A stretch of 63,313 bases of DNA, filler included, from Platydemus manokwari (taxonomy: Eukaryota), in the NCBI GenBank assembly GCA_037951405.1. It is 6 parts of 6 records of this genome, joined end to end, with 100 filler letters (N's around TTAATTAATTAA, not from the genome) between each part and the next. Parts side by side here need not be neighbours in the genome. Positions count along the whole stretch, not along the records: positions 33,152 to 42,093 come from JBBMOY011325206.1; positions 42,194 to 51,745 come from JBBMOY011233765.1; positions 51,846 to 63,313 come from JBBMOY010662207.1; 3 more parts are not named here. One strand, given 5' to 3'. The translations under genes were made by a program, and so were the position numbers. Below the pieces are notes generated by a model. The model did no database searches, was not told where the DNA came from, and saw only the letters and a program-made list of their open reading frames with translations. Of the stretch, positions 41,501 through 53,933 are shown one piece after another. Within the stretch, counting starts at the first letter, position 1. Every line of letters begins with the position of its first letter.

Positions 41501-44218
41501 TTGATTTCGATATTGGATTTCTTCTTTCGGTGTACAAATTCCAGTACAATAAAATGTCATTTTCAGCTGTTAATGTTTCTGAGAAACGTCAAGAAATCTC
41601 AAAACGAGAAAACCTTCGAATTTATAAATATATTTTTTCTCACAATGCTCTGTTCCTCGTGGAAATCTGCAAATATTATGATGACAAATTGGTGATGAAT
41701 TCGAATCTCTCATTTCAATCGATGCCAACATGAAAGATAGGACACAAATATATATTATCTTGGAAATCAATCGCATTTTCAGGGAATTTGTAATTTAATA
41801 TCCATGGTAAAACGACTAATGAAACATGGCACAATATTTTTGCTTTCATCACGACATGTAAAGAGCAACATCGGTAAATAATTTTTATCGATTAGACTGA
41901 GAACAGACACATTAGGAAAATAAATCTATCATGATAGATATTTAGACAGAATTTTGTGTTATATCATTAAAATGTGTTCTAATAACTGATAATCATTCAT
42001 TTCATTATTAGTTTTTAATAGATGCTTGATGGTCTTCTACAATAATTATTTTTTAAACACATAACATTGATATAATAATAATGGTTATTAAGTNNNNNNN
42101 NNNNNNNNNNNNNNNNNNNNNNNNNNNNNNNNNNNNNTTAATTAATTAANNNNNNNNNNNNNNNNNNNNNNNNNNNNNNNNNNNNNNNNNNNNAATGATT
42201 TTGAAAAATATTGTTTTCATTTGTTTTATATTAATGAAATGTGATTATTGTGATTTTATATTATTATCAATGCTGAGCTAGTATTATTTATAAATTATGT
42301 AATAGTATTGGTGGTACTGCTTTCGGATAAATGAATTCCATAGAGATCCAATTTCCCTAGAGTTTCACAATTCAAGCCTCAACCATTTAATATAATATCA
42401 AGGTTTATTTTTATTATTTTGTTTTGACCAATATGATATGTATGATCTAGTTTTATTATGAATGACGTCATTAACAGTGATAATTCATCCTTAAATAGAA
42501 ATAATATATGAATTATCAAGTGATTATCATAATTATTATTAGTTAGATAAAAATTAGATTTATTTCTATATTGAAAGAAACGTGTAAGATTTTTAAATAA
42601 CTAAATAAATATTGATGGAAGAAGCTGATGTTTTTACTGGCGACCACGCCGAAATAAACGCTTTGACTATAGCTAAAATAGAGGAGAGTCAGAAAAAATT
42701 TATTCGAATCTATCACAAAAAACTCAGGAGTTATTGATTCCGAAATCGTCATTCTTCGATTCATCAATCCAAGATGCTGAAAAATGTTTCCAAACCACCA
42801 AAGATTTCTCCACATTTAATCAAATGGAACTATCATTTGCATTTGACATGCTGTTGAGGGATGACTATTACTATTATAGATTTCCATCTTATAGACCTTA
42901 CACAGTAATTAAATGGTTGAAATAAAAACTGCTTTCCCAATTATATTCTATTAATATTTATCTCGGTGCAGCAATGTTTGTTTGAATTAAATCAAGGCCA
43001 TACAAATGAACTAATTATTAATATCCAACGATGAATTACAACAAAACAATAAATTAATTTCGAATCCATTGTGTATTTCTATTTTGTCTGAAATCTCTTA
43101 TTAGGCAGGTAGAAATTTATAATTATCTTATCACATGATTAGACTGAATGCAGCAAATATTGTGAATTCGCATAAAATCAATATGAAACAAAATAATGAA
43201 ATGAAAATAAGAATAAAATGTTTTCATATAAAACAAAAACGAGAAATAAACTTTTAAAACTCGTTCTTTGTATGACAGAGAAACATTTACAAGGACATAA
43301 AGTCCATAAATAGGAAACAAATAATAGGTTTGAACATAAGTGCTTTGTACCGATAAGACCTACGGACTTACTGACAAAATGCCTCAAATATTTAGTCATA
43401 TAACAAGAACTTGATCGACAAAAACCCGCAATAGTTAAATAAAATAATAACACTAAGTCAAAACAACGAAATAAAAAACTATATAAAAAATCATTTCATG
43501 ATTCACAATTGCACAAAAATAGTAGAGGCTTACAAATTTGATTTTTAAATTTACAATATTGATAGATTTGTGTGTACTTCATAACAATTCAATATTGAGA
43601 ATGCTATTCTGTTTTCAAACACTGATAATTCAAAAGGAAAAAATGGTCTTTGAAAGAAAATGCATTAAAATCAATGCCCAAAGCATAACCGATACTCACT
43701 TACCAGTAATTACTTCCCCAGACTCTACATTAATTGCTTTACATTGTATTTGAAATTATTTCCATAAATGTATTGGAAAATAAATTACTTGAAGTTCATT
43801 TCTAAATATTCTCTACTGTATAAAATATATTTCCTAATTTCGATAATCTTGAAAAATAATCTTTGAAAAAATTGCAATCTATATCGCACTAAAATTTTTT
43901 ATGAAATATATTTGAAAGGTAATATATTATATTATGCTATATTTCATTGAATTCGGTACTTTTATACATTGGAATTCGTTGAAAATAATGATACCATCTG
44001 ACAAAATAAATATATTGCTGTCCTAGTTCGACTGAGATGAGAAAAAATAATCAAAAACAATGAAATAATTTCAGCTTCAACAATCTAATTTTAACAAACA
44101 ACTATAATTATCACCATCGAATTGGTCCAGATATAAGATGAGTCCCAAGGTTAGAGAAAAGAAATTATTAAAAAGACACATTGTATACTGGATTAATACA
44201 TTGTAATGATTTATCACG

Positions 44219-44632
44219 TACGAGTTCTCAACCTCAGGGTCGGAAAGCATTTTTAAAGAGTTAGCCGAATTATGATAGGTATACCAACCATTACATGTGA
44301 AAAATCGTGTTTTATGCTAGCTATTAAATAAATAATTTGTGATGCTGATTAAACTACTTCTGTTCATAAAAACCTTGACTACTACAGATAAATATTTTAT
44401 AGATAATGTTATTATCTGGTAATCGTATTATTATAGGTAATTCAATGATAACTAAATATCATTCCATTCTATATAATAATACTATATTATATATTGTTAA
44501 CTTGTTGCAAAGTGGTTTTATTAAATATGGTGAGTTATAACTTATTTTTAGCAATATTGATTTTCATTGGGATCGCCAAGATCTTAAAAATGGGAAAGTG
44601 AGTCGCCATAGAAAAAAGGTTGAGAACCGCTG
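44219..44632. mobile_element. hAT (Charlie-like) non-autonomous element
   Basis: Right end AGGTTGAGAACCGCTG, degenerate left end ..GTTCTCAACCT. Flanked on the right by ATCTAGAC, an NTCTAGAN Charlie-type target. Confidence 0.7.
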
Positions 44633-44640
44633 ATCTAGAC

Positions 44641-44740
44641 CAGTGATTCCCAAAGTGGTCCATATCTACCCCCCCCAAGGATCAATTAAGACCTGCAAGG
44701 GGTCAACGTGTGTTTAAAAAATTGGGAGGGGAGTCAATGG
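44641..44740 (+). mobile_element. Left end of a second hAT-like element
   Basis: Starts CAGTGATTCCCAAAGTGG immediately after ATCTAGAC, with GC-rich subterminal motifs. Right end not found. Confidence 0.5.
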
Positions 44741-44772
44741 GAAGAATTTTTCAAAAATTGTGAAAAACAGTA

Positions 44773-44816
44773 TATTAGGGTGAACTTTTGGAAAGAACTT
44801 TTGGTTCACCCTAATA
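44773..44816. mobile_element. 44-bp palindromic mini-element (mariner/Tc1-like MITE relic)
   Basis: Perfect 13-bp inverted ends TATTAGGGTGAAC...GTTCACCCTAATA with terminal TA. Confidence 0.55.
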
Positions 44817-46955
44817 ATTGATACCATTTAAATACTAAAAAAAATTATTATTCTAGACAATCAAACGGTTCCAATATACGACGACAAAACTGAAACAGGA
44901 CTATTCACAAGTTGACCGATAAAATCAAATCAAACCATTGTTAAGGCTTTATCCACTAACAAAAATCGGAAAGATTTTATTCTTTAAGCGTTGCTTCGTT
45001 TCAAAAATTACCTGAATTGTTTATTCAATAAACGATTCAATAAACAGACCTGTAGACAAACACGAATAATCCAAAATTAATTATTGATTTTCAAATTTCA
45101 TCTAAAATAGAATTTCTATTTTTATAAATAAAACATCTCACAGATGCATTGAGTTTGATGAAATAAATGTTTTGTTTAAATGTAATCATTCGAATTATAT
45201 ACATCATACCGACCGACAATTATGGAAACAACAATTGTCCGATAAAACATTTCAATCCATTCCACCATGGGGAAATGAAAGAAATATTATGCAAATTAAA
45301 TTTGTGTTTGTTTGAAGAAAATAAATTCAAATTTAAAATCAAACAATTTCGATAATTATTTGTGTATTCGATAAAGAAAAGAAATTTTTGTTTTAATCAA
45401 ATTAGATTTTAATTTAAAAATTGCTTCCTAAAATACACCATTATATATACATAAAATGAAAGACAATAAATTCAGCACTAATGGGAATTTTAGATGTCAA
45501 ACACAATTATTTATATTCTAATATTGATTCAAATGAAATTTATATACGTTTCTATAAACAAGGATTTCTATAAATAATCTCTTAGAGATTTGATATGGAC
45601 TAATAAAAATTTACGTCAGCTTTCTTTTAATGATTATGTTGAATTTTAAATAAATTTTCGACATCAATCTTCAGAGTAATAAATAAATTCTGTCACACAC
45701 ACACATACACAAATACATATATATTGGTATGATTTTAAAAATATTTCGAAAAGAAATTTAAATAAAATTGTTCAAAATTATTTTCCAATTCAGAATTTTA
45801 TTCAAATTATTTCCACATTGATGAATTTTAAAATTATCTACTTCACTAAAAAGTCTAGAAATATCATCTGTTCGATGAGGGGGACTTTTCATTGAAAATG
45901 AATTCATTTTTTATCCATTATTATTTTTAAAAACATATTCGATATCAATCAGTGAATTTCTTGAATATAAATAGGTTATATATATAAAATAATATCAAAG
46001 TTAATATTGAAGATTCATATTAAGATAAAAATTTCTTAGGTCTTTTTTTTAATAAATATATAAATTTTTTAGTTCGGGTAATTATAAAATCATGATAACA
46101 GTGATTTATTTGAAATCTTGATTTAAAATTTAGTTTGTTAATTACCGCTGAAAGTGAATGAAAAAAAGTTGAAATAAATTTTAAAAATTGTTTGAACTTA
46201 TTATTGAATATTATTTAAATTAAGTTCTTTCAAAAATTATGATATTATTTTAATTGGCTTAGGTTAAGAACAAGGGTCCTTTGATTTACTTTCGTAATAA
46301 TGAATTTTATCTCATTAGATAATTTTATAAATTAATTTTATATATAATTACGATGTTTGATTTATTCGTAAAATTCAGTTAATATCGCACTTTTTAGAAA
46401 GTCCAATAGGAACACAACAGTTTTAAAAACAAGTTGCTATTCTAATCACAACACTTCCATATGATTATTTGAGTTTTTATATTAATTTTTTTTAAATTAT
46501 AAATCGAGTTAGTTAATTACAGACAGGTTTATTAATATTATTGGTTATTTTTATAAAATAATTGTAAAAATGTGAGTATCTTTCAATTTGCTTCTAATGA
46601 ATAGAGGTCCTCGTTAGGCTTTAGTAAATTAAAATTCGACCTACTTTGATCCGTTTTTCAAATAATCAAATTTTAGAAGATTTTGAAGCTCCAGTGTATT
46701 TAACATTATATTTCAACAACTAAATTTTTCTTAATTAAATAAAAATTCAAAATGTTTTTAAAGAATATAAGCGAATAAACTATATAGATTTTTGAAATTC
46801 ACTCAACAAATTAAATTTTTTTTAGAACTCCTTTTCGTAATTTTAGTCTTTTAATTTAAAATAATTAATGAGATTATTTTTAAGTTATTCTTTTCATTTA
46901 ATCTTCAAATAAAAACCTTCCGATAAATAAATAATTAAGCAAAAATAGTACAACA

Positions 46956-48449
46956 TCAATCTACAGTGAATACAAGTGTATGGAACAAAGGGCAGTGTAT
47001 TATTCCTCCACTAGTTCCCGACAATATTTCATCAAATCTTTCTTTGGTTTCTGATGTCAGGTCAATGGAAAATCTGCTCATAATAGCAATTAAAGTATTG
47101 AATATCCCTACTTTGCCAATAATTTCACCCAAACAGCGTCTTTTTCCAATTCCGAATGGGATTAAATTACTATTGTGTTGAAACTTACCGTCTTCATCGT
47201 TGATAAACCTGTAGGGATCAAAATCTTGAGGATTATTCCATAAAGACTTATTGAAATTAATTGAATATTGTTCTCCAATAATGATGTCTGTCGGTAACAA
47301 ACGAAAACCTTGAAAATCTATTTCTCTGAAAGGCTTTTGCTGAAATGTAGGAATCACTATGAAATATCGATAACATTCTTCTATGAAGGCTTGAGTGAAG
47401 GGAAAATATTGTCTTTGTTCGTATGAAACTTCACCGAATTCTTTGACTATTTCTTGAATTTCATCTTTGATCTTTTGTTGGTAAATTTTATAACGCCCTA
47501 AAATGAGGAACGAAGCAGACAAAATACTGGAAATTGTGTCAATACCTCCTAATAATAAATCTATACAGCATTGAATGATTTCATCAATATCCATGCCACT
47601 AGCTCTGTAAAATTCTAACATACACCGAGGTTCATCATTTTCCGGTAAATAATCTCGCAATTTTACTTTGCATTTCTCATTAATTTTTAGATGCAAAATT
47701 TTGGTTTCTTCATCAAATTTTTGAAATATCGGAAATAAATATTTTATCAAGAAATTGCCACGATATTGCCACAAACAAGGGAAAATTGAAAAGTCAGTTT
47801 GAGAAAAGAAACGAATCATATGATGAAATTCTTGCCATTCTCTATCAGTGATGTTCGATTCATATCCGAAAATCAAAATATTCATGACACTATAAAATGT
47901 TTGAAAGAGTATTGGTTCGATATCCAATGGCTTTTTGCAATTTGATGTTATAATCTGACAATGTTTGGTGATTTCTCGAATGGATAACTCACTGAAATCC
48001 TTTCCACCAATTCCTAACTGATGAAAACCTTTTGCCGTTACCGATTTATTGTTCACCCAGGATTCTTTATCGTTAAAAATAATACCCCTATAATTATTGG
48101 ACAGCATATCTAAACCCTCTATTTGAGGTCGTCCACTAAAGATGTTTTTATTTTGAATATAAGCCTCATAAATGACATCAAATGATGAGAGAAGAATGTA
48201 GCTTTTATTTCCTAAAGTAAATTTCGATATATCACCATAGTTTTCATGCATCTTCAGAAAGAAATCCTTCTGCTTGAATTTCCGTCCGGATAAAATTGAC
48301 TGGAAAACAATATACGGCAAAATACCAATTTTGGGAAAACATATCGGTCCAGGTGGACGTCGAGATCTGAATTTTTTAATTAATAAATACAACAAAATTG
48401 ATACCAAAATGTAAAAGGACCAATGCCAGTAGATTTGAATAAAAGACAT
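46956..48449 (-). CDS. Cytochrome P450 (CYP2-clan-like), intronless
   Basis: N-terminal TM anchor, PPGP hinge, FSGRP, I-helix GGIDT, EECYR (ExxR), DPYRF, heme motif FGIGKRRCLG. First ATG at 48449. Confidence 0.96.
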   Translation of the reverse strand: MSFIQIYWHWSFYILVSILLYLLIKKFRSRRPPGPICFPKIGILPYIVFQSILSGRKFKQKDFFLKMHENYGDISKFTLGNKSYILLSSFDVIYEAYIQNKNIFSGRPQIEGLDMLSNNYRGIIFNDKESWVNNKSVTAKGFHQLGIGGKDFSELSIREITKHCQIITSNCKKPLDIEPILFQTFYSVMNILIFGYESNITDREWQEFHHMIRFFSQTDFSIFPCLWQYRGNFLIKYLFPIFQKFDEETKILHLKINEKCKVKLRDYLPENDEPRCMLEFYRASGMDIDEIIQCCIDLLLGGIDTISSILSASFLILGRYKIYQQKIKDEIQEIVKEFGEVSYEQRQYFPFTQAFIEECYRYFIVIPTFQQKPFREIDFQGFRLLPTDIIIGEQYSINFNKSLWNNPQDFDPYRFINDEDGKFQHNSNLIPFGIGKRRCLGEIIGKVGIFNTLIAIMSRFSIDLTSETKERFDEILSGTSGGIIHCPLFHTLVFTVD

Positions 48450-49060
48450 TTTCAAATCAACCTTTAATGTATAATCTAAGTAAATTTCATCGACATGAAT
48501 ACAATATTTATTAAGCTAAAGATGGCAAATATTGACTTATTCGTTCTATAGGATTAAGTTGACATTTATTTCGTTATGTTTGATTAATAAGATCAGACAG
48601 ATTTTTCAGTATATTATTAATCAATAAATTTCATTATTTTTAAAAAGTTTTTAATTAAAAAAATCTAATAATTCCTATGCTTTGATTCCAATGTTCCTGT
48701 CAGTGTACGGTGCTTGAAAAATTGAGTGAATATACCGATGATATGCCTGAATTAGCAAAAATATTTTTTTATACCGGTGACCAATGTTCCAGTATTGCAA
48801 ATAAAACTACTATACATTCTTGATTTTTGTTATGACAATAGGAAAAATCGTTTTGTCATTCAATATCACTGACTTGTATTCTATTTCCCTGGACTCATGC
48901 TGATTCCAGACATCTTTGGTTGACATGTTACTGATTCTCATATAATATAATTTAAAAGATATTGATAGAAATTGCTGATATGAATTGCAAATTTATTATA
49001 ATTAATTATAATTATTATAATTTATTACTCAAAAATGTATTAATCAAGAGAATTTACATT

Positions 49061-49541
49061 AATATAGGATTGGAACGAAAGTCTATCCGACAAAAAATAA
49101 TATTTATTTAACCAATAAACAGAATAAGTAAATTGAGAAATATAAACAAAACATCAGTTTTGAAAAGATCCATTTCCTTCATGATAACGCTTGACCGCGG
49201 CACATTAACTCAAATATGCTAGCTGAGATCGGTTTTACGATAACATCACATCCACCATACTCACCAGACCTTGCCACTTCAGACTATTACCTGTTTTCTT
49301 CAATGAAAAACCCACTTCGTGGGAAAATGTATCACTCCGTATCACAAGGTTAGCGATGATTTGCAAAAGTAGTTCGCTTGAAAATCTGCGGAATTCTATG
49401 AAAAGGGCATAAAACAACTTCCATAACGCTGGTAAAAGTGTGTGGACGGTGTTTTTTTATATTTCTCAATTCACGTGTTGTCTTTATTAGTTAAATAAAT
49501 TTTATTTTCAATCGGACAAGACTTTCGTCCAATCCTATATT
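49061..49541 (+). mobile_element. Mariner-derived non-autonomous element with transposase C-terminal remnant
   Basis: TIRs TATAGGATTGGA.CGAAAGTC..TCCGA / TCGGACAAGACTTTCGTCCAATCCTATA. Internal LHDNA*PRH, HPPYSPDLATSDYYLFSSMK and FYEKGI..LP.RW.KCV. Confidence 0.93.
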
Positions 49542-49935
49542 ATGCCAAGGGCAGAATTAGCGTATCAAATAATAAATTATACCAATCAAATAATAAATAA
49601 AATTTATAAATATCCAAAAGAAAAATAGTCAAGCGATTTCAATAGTTTTTTTTCATTTAGTAAAACAGTTTCAAAACCAAGCATCAATCAAAATTTGCTT
49701 AAGGTTCTTCAAAGTTTTCGAATGTTAGCATACTTGGTTTAAATAATTGGCTTGATATTTATGAATGGCAATTTTAGACCAATTTATAGATATGTCAACA
49801 AACATTGTTCAAATATCAGACTAATTCTCATTTGCTTCAAATGTTAGGTAATACAGCTTAATAAACATTTTAATTCACGATATCTACAAAATAAATTTCA
49901 AAAACTCTCTCCATCAAACCGATCAAAATTTTTTC

Positions 49936-51450
49936 ATGTTCGAAATGATTCATTTAATTGTTGTTATAATTATTATTTTGATTTTAATTTTTGTCCGCAA
50001 CATTTTCACAGATCCCCCAGGACCAAGAGGTATTCCATATTTTGGAATATTTCCATTCATTCTGCTGAAAATTCTATTCCATCGGAATCCAAATGAAAAT
50101 AATTTTTTTCAAAGAATGCATGACAAATATGGAAACATCTGGTGTTTTCGCTCCAACAATCAGCGTTATATTGTTTTAGCATCTTTAGAAACACAAATCG
50201 AAGCATTTCAAAATCACGGTCAAGCATTTTCTGGACGACCGTTATCAGCAATGCACAGTTACATTTCCAAGCGACTTGGTGTTCTGTCATCTGACGGAGA
50301 GGTTTGGAAATTCTTTAGAAATCTAACGACGAAAGCCTTGCACGAAATTGCTCTCCAAACCGAAGGATTTGAAGAAATTATTCGACAAAATATCAATAAA
50401 ATAACAAATTTCCTCGACGAAAATCCTAATCAAAATGTTAATACGACATCTTTATTCCATTCTTTAAGTTTAGCCATTATTTTCAGAATCGTTTTCAATA
50501 ATGATATGGATATATTTGATTCCAAAATTCAACAATATGCAGAAAATGTTAATTTAATCACCAGTACCAATCTCACCATTAGTGATTCGGTGTTCTTTTT
50601 GACGGGTATACCATTGATAAAATATCTGTTTCCTAGTACACTTCAAATGCGGAATTCGGTGGACATGAACAAAAAAATTTTATTAGATTTATGGAAGAAT
50701 TTCAAAGAACAACACCAAAAAGACGAGATAACTGAAAAATCCATTGCTTATTACTTTAAAACCAAGATGAACGATGAACGCAAAAGTGAAAAAGATGACA
50801 AATATCTCAATGAATTCCATTTCATTCAAAATTTTTCCGATATTGTAAGTGCAGGCAGTGATACTGTTGCGGCCACTCTTACATGGTGTTGTTTGATGCT
50901 TGCTGCCAACGAGGATGTTCAAAAAATATTAAATCAAGAAATACATGAATTTCTCCAAAATAGATCAATTGAGAATATAAATTATTCGGATAGATTATCG
51001 CTACCAAAACTTTGTTCGTTCATTGAAGAAATACACAGATTCTTTTCGATAATACCTCGATCAGTTCATCGGCCAATGTCTACAATTTCATTCCATGGAT
51101 TCACACTGTCAGAAAATGATATCGTTTTGGGAGATAATTATACAATTAATCATGATTCTAACATTTGGTCTGATTCAAATGTTTTCCAATACGATAGGTT
51201 TATGAGTGAGAATACAAATGGCATTCGATCTTCCGGACAACGATTAATTACCTTTGGTGTTGGTAAAAGAAGTTGTATCGGTGAAAATCTTGCAAGAATT
51301 GAAGTTTTCATATCTTTGACAAATATTATTTACAAATACAGGATCCAGTTGTCACATGATTCTAGAGCAAATTTAGAAAATATAATGAATGGACAAAATG
51401 GTCTTGTTCATGCTCCTCTACATCATACATTACAATTTTCAATGTTATAA
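49936..51450 (+). CDS. Cytochrome P450 (CYP2-clan-like), intronless
   Basis: 504 aa with TM anchor, PPGP, FSGRP, WxxxR (WKFFR), AGSDT, EEIHR and heme motif FGVGKRSCIG. Confidence 0.97.
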   Translation: MFEMIHLIVVIIIILILIFVRNIFTDPPGPRGIPYFGIFPFILLKILFHRNPNENNFFQRMHDKYGNIWCFRSNNQRYIVLASLETQIEAFQNHGQAFSGRPLSAMHSYISKRLGVLSSDGEVWKFFRNLTTKALHEIALQTEGFEEIIRQNINKITNFLDENPNQNVNTTSLFHSLSLAIIFRIVFNNDMDIFDSKIQQYAENVNLITSTNLTISDSVFFLTGIPLIKYLFPSTLQMRNSVDMNKKILLDLWKNFKEQHQKDEITEKSIAYYFKTKMNDERKSEKDDKYLNEFHFIQNFSDIVSAGSDTVAATLTWCCLMLAANEDVQKILNQEIHEFLQNRSIENINYSDRLSLPKLCSFIEEIHRFFSIIPRSVHRPMSTISFHGFTLSENDIVLGDNYTINHDSNIWSDSNVFQYDRFMSENTNGIRSSGQRLITFGVGKRSCIGENLARIEVFISLTNIIYKYRIQLSHDSRANLENIMNGQNGLVHAPLHHTLQFSML

Positions 51451-52134
51451 ATGCTGTCAATTCATTATAACCATCAATTTGTAATCAATTAAAATTTTTT
51501 AATTATATGTTATTAAAGAGTTCTTGGACTAATCGAAGGAATATTATTTTCAAGATTGGTATAAACAATTAGTAGTGTCGTTGTGTTATTTGTTTTATAA
51601 GTTTTCAAATGTGATTTTTCTGGTATCATTCACCATACTCTGTCTTGCTACAATATATAACTCAAAAAGAATTCTCTCGATTAACAAATTATTTACAATT
51701 CATGATTTAAATCTAATACAATAGCTAATAATGTAAAACATAGTANNNNNNNNNNNNNNNNNNNNNNNNNNNNNNNNNNNNNNNNNNNNTTAATTAATTA
51801 ANNNNNNNNNNNNNNNNNNNNNNNNNNNNNNNNNNNNNNNNNNNNGGTACTATAAGAGTTTTATAAAAGTTATTGAGGCATTATAATAAATTAAAAACTT
51901 AAGACTAGATTTGATAATATTTTAAAATATTCAATTTTAATATCTAGCGTAATGTTAGGTATTTTCACAGCTATTTCACCTACTTTTTCTGAATTTTGAA
52001 TTTTCCCAGTTTATTAACAATAATAAATTATATTATCGGAGAAAGTCTTCATAAGTTTAAGTAATCAGAAAAATAAAATTTAAAATATTGCCAATGGTTA
52101 TCATTTAATAGAAGAAGCATGAACGAAGTTATAT

Positions 52135-52800
52135 ATCAAATCCAAATGGTTTAGTATTAATCCCGAATCTATTATATTAGGATCTTTTAATTTAATTAAT
52201 CCTTAAATTTTCCTATTTCTTCTTTATTGTTTGTATTATATAAATAATGATCTTTATTATACTTCGACAAATTAATCTCAAATTACAAGGTTTCGTCATT
52301 AATTATATCTTTATAAATGTCTTTCGTTTTAATGTTTAATATTTATGAATTCATAAATAATATTTCTATATTTTCTTTTCATTTGGGTATTTAAATATAA
52401 TACAAGTCATTTATTTATAATTTTTTTAATTATAAAATCCAAGGTTCAAAATAAATAGGTTTATTTAAGTTTACTTTCAAATAATTCTTCATTCTATTTA
52501 GAAGTCTTTGTTAAATTTATAAATGTGCTTTAATATAATTATTTCTGAAACTTTTCATTGCAACTTCTAAAATATTTACATCTAGTTTGAAATATAAAAT
52601 TATGTAGTTCCGTAATGTTTGTCAATCAAGTTTATTCCTTTCTTTTTATGCTCTTTCATATTCATCTTTCGATATTTCAATTAAATAACATCTAGTATTA
52701 AACTATTCAATAGTTGGTACACTTGTAATTCAATACAATTGCTTTCGGGAAACTCTCTTCATAATTCTATAAATAAGCCATATCTCTTTGATTTTCTTAT
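52135..52800 (-). mobile_element. Polinton/adintovirus-type protein-primed PolB fossil, internally deleted
   Basis: Minus-strand colinear relics EISKDEYERA, TLRNYIILYFKLDVNILEVAMKSFRNN, KVNLNKPIYF, IKTKDIYKDI, NKEEIGKFKD and GINTKPFG. Confidence 0.7.
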
Positions 52801-53933
52801 CTTTATTTTAGAACTTCAAAATGCATCCCAAAGATGGCTTTTAATTTTCGGATAGTAAATGGCCGGTTAGGACCAAATAAAAAAAAGCCTAATTTTAAGG
52901 ATGGTATAAAAATATGTATATGATGTGTGGGTATGCGCAATTTGGAAACAAAGTTGAAATTATAAGCAAGATCGAGTTTTTTTACAAATTTATAAGGGAA
53001 GTTTGTTCTACAGGTAATCCATTGGTTCGGAATAACTTTTGCATTTAGAAAAGGACAATGTTAGCAGAGTTAGTTTGAGATTGAAGAATAAGTGAATGTT
53101 CAATTGGCTCGTGCTCATGAATCATTTATCATTTTTCTTTGGTCTGTGTGAATTCTGTAGGTTGCAAAGGTGTCTTTGAGAAAACTAATGAAAGTGAACC
53201 GTGATTTGTCCAGATAGATATTTTATAAAACCTTGGTATTATGTAGGTCGCAGGAATCAAGAACTCCAGAACAAATTATATCCAAGGTGGTAGTAAATAG
53301 AGTGTCTTGCTGATTTCTGATGCGATATTCCGGTTTTTACATGCTGCAGATGTCGATGCTTTTCAGCGTTGTCAAATTTGTCATAAGGTATTTTTAAGTC
53401 TACCATATGACCTTGGCACTTTATCTTGTTGCTGTTGATATGGTTCTGTATGAATTGCCCAATGACGCCTGTTTTATTTTATTGGCATTTTTAATAATCA
53501 AGTAATTAACCTTTCACAATATTATTGATTATTTTAACGTTTAATTCTTCCTATTTCACTTGTTCAATAATATGTTAAATGAAAACTGATAAAATTCCTG
53601 AAGAAAAAATAAAAATAAAAAATAAATAATTTAATCAGATTAATTTCGTTATTGGAAAAAATATTTATTCACAACAATCAATGATTACCAATAAAATAGG
53701 TTATTCTGATACAGTGTGAACCAACTGTAAGTGTTCTTGTGTAACTCAAAATGAATAACACTCGAATTATATTCAAATGTCATTCTGTGTTGCTTAAGAT
53801 TATTAAATAAAATCAATTACTGCCACTAAATTAATGTTTTCAAAACCTGACATGTGAAAATTCAAAACACTGTCAACGTGATTTTAAAAAATAAAATATA
53901 AAAACAAACATCTTGTCGACTTTTCTATGAAAA

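Noticed and set aside
41498-41875. Possible small spliced gene; also exon-like bits at 40030-40300, 41057-41242 and 43560-43750
   Set aside because: No unique consistent frame or recognisable homology.
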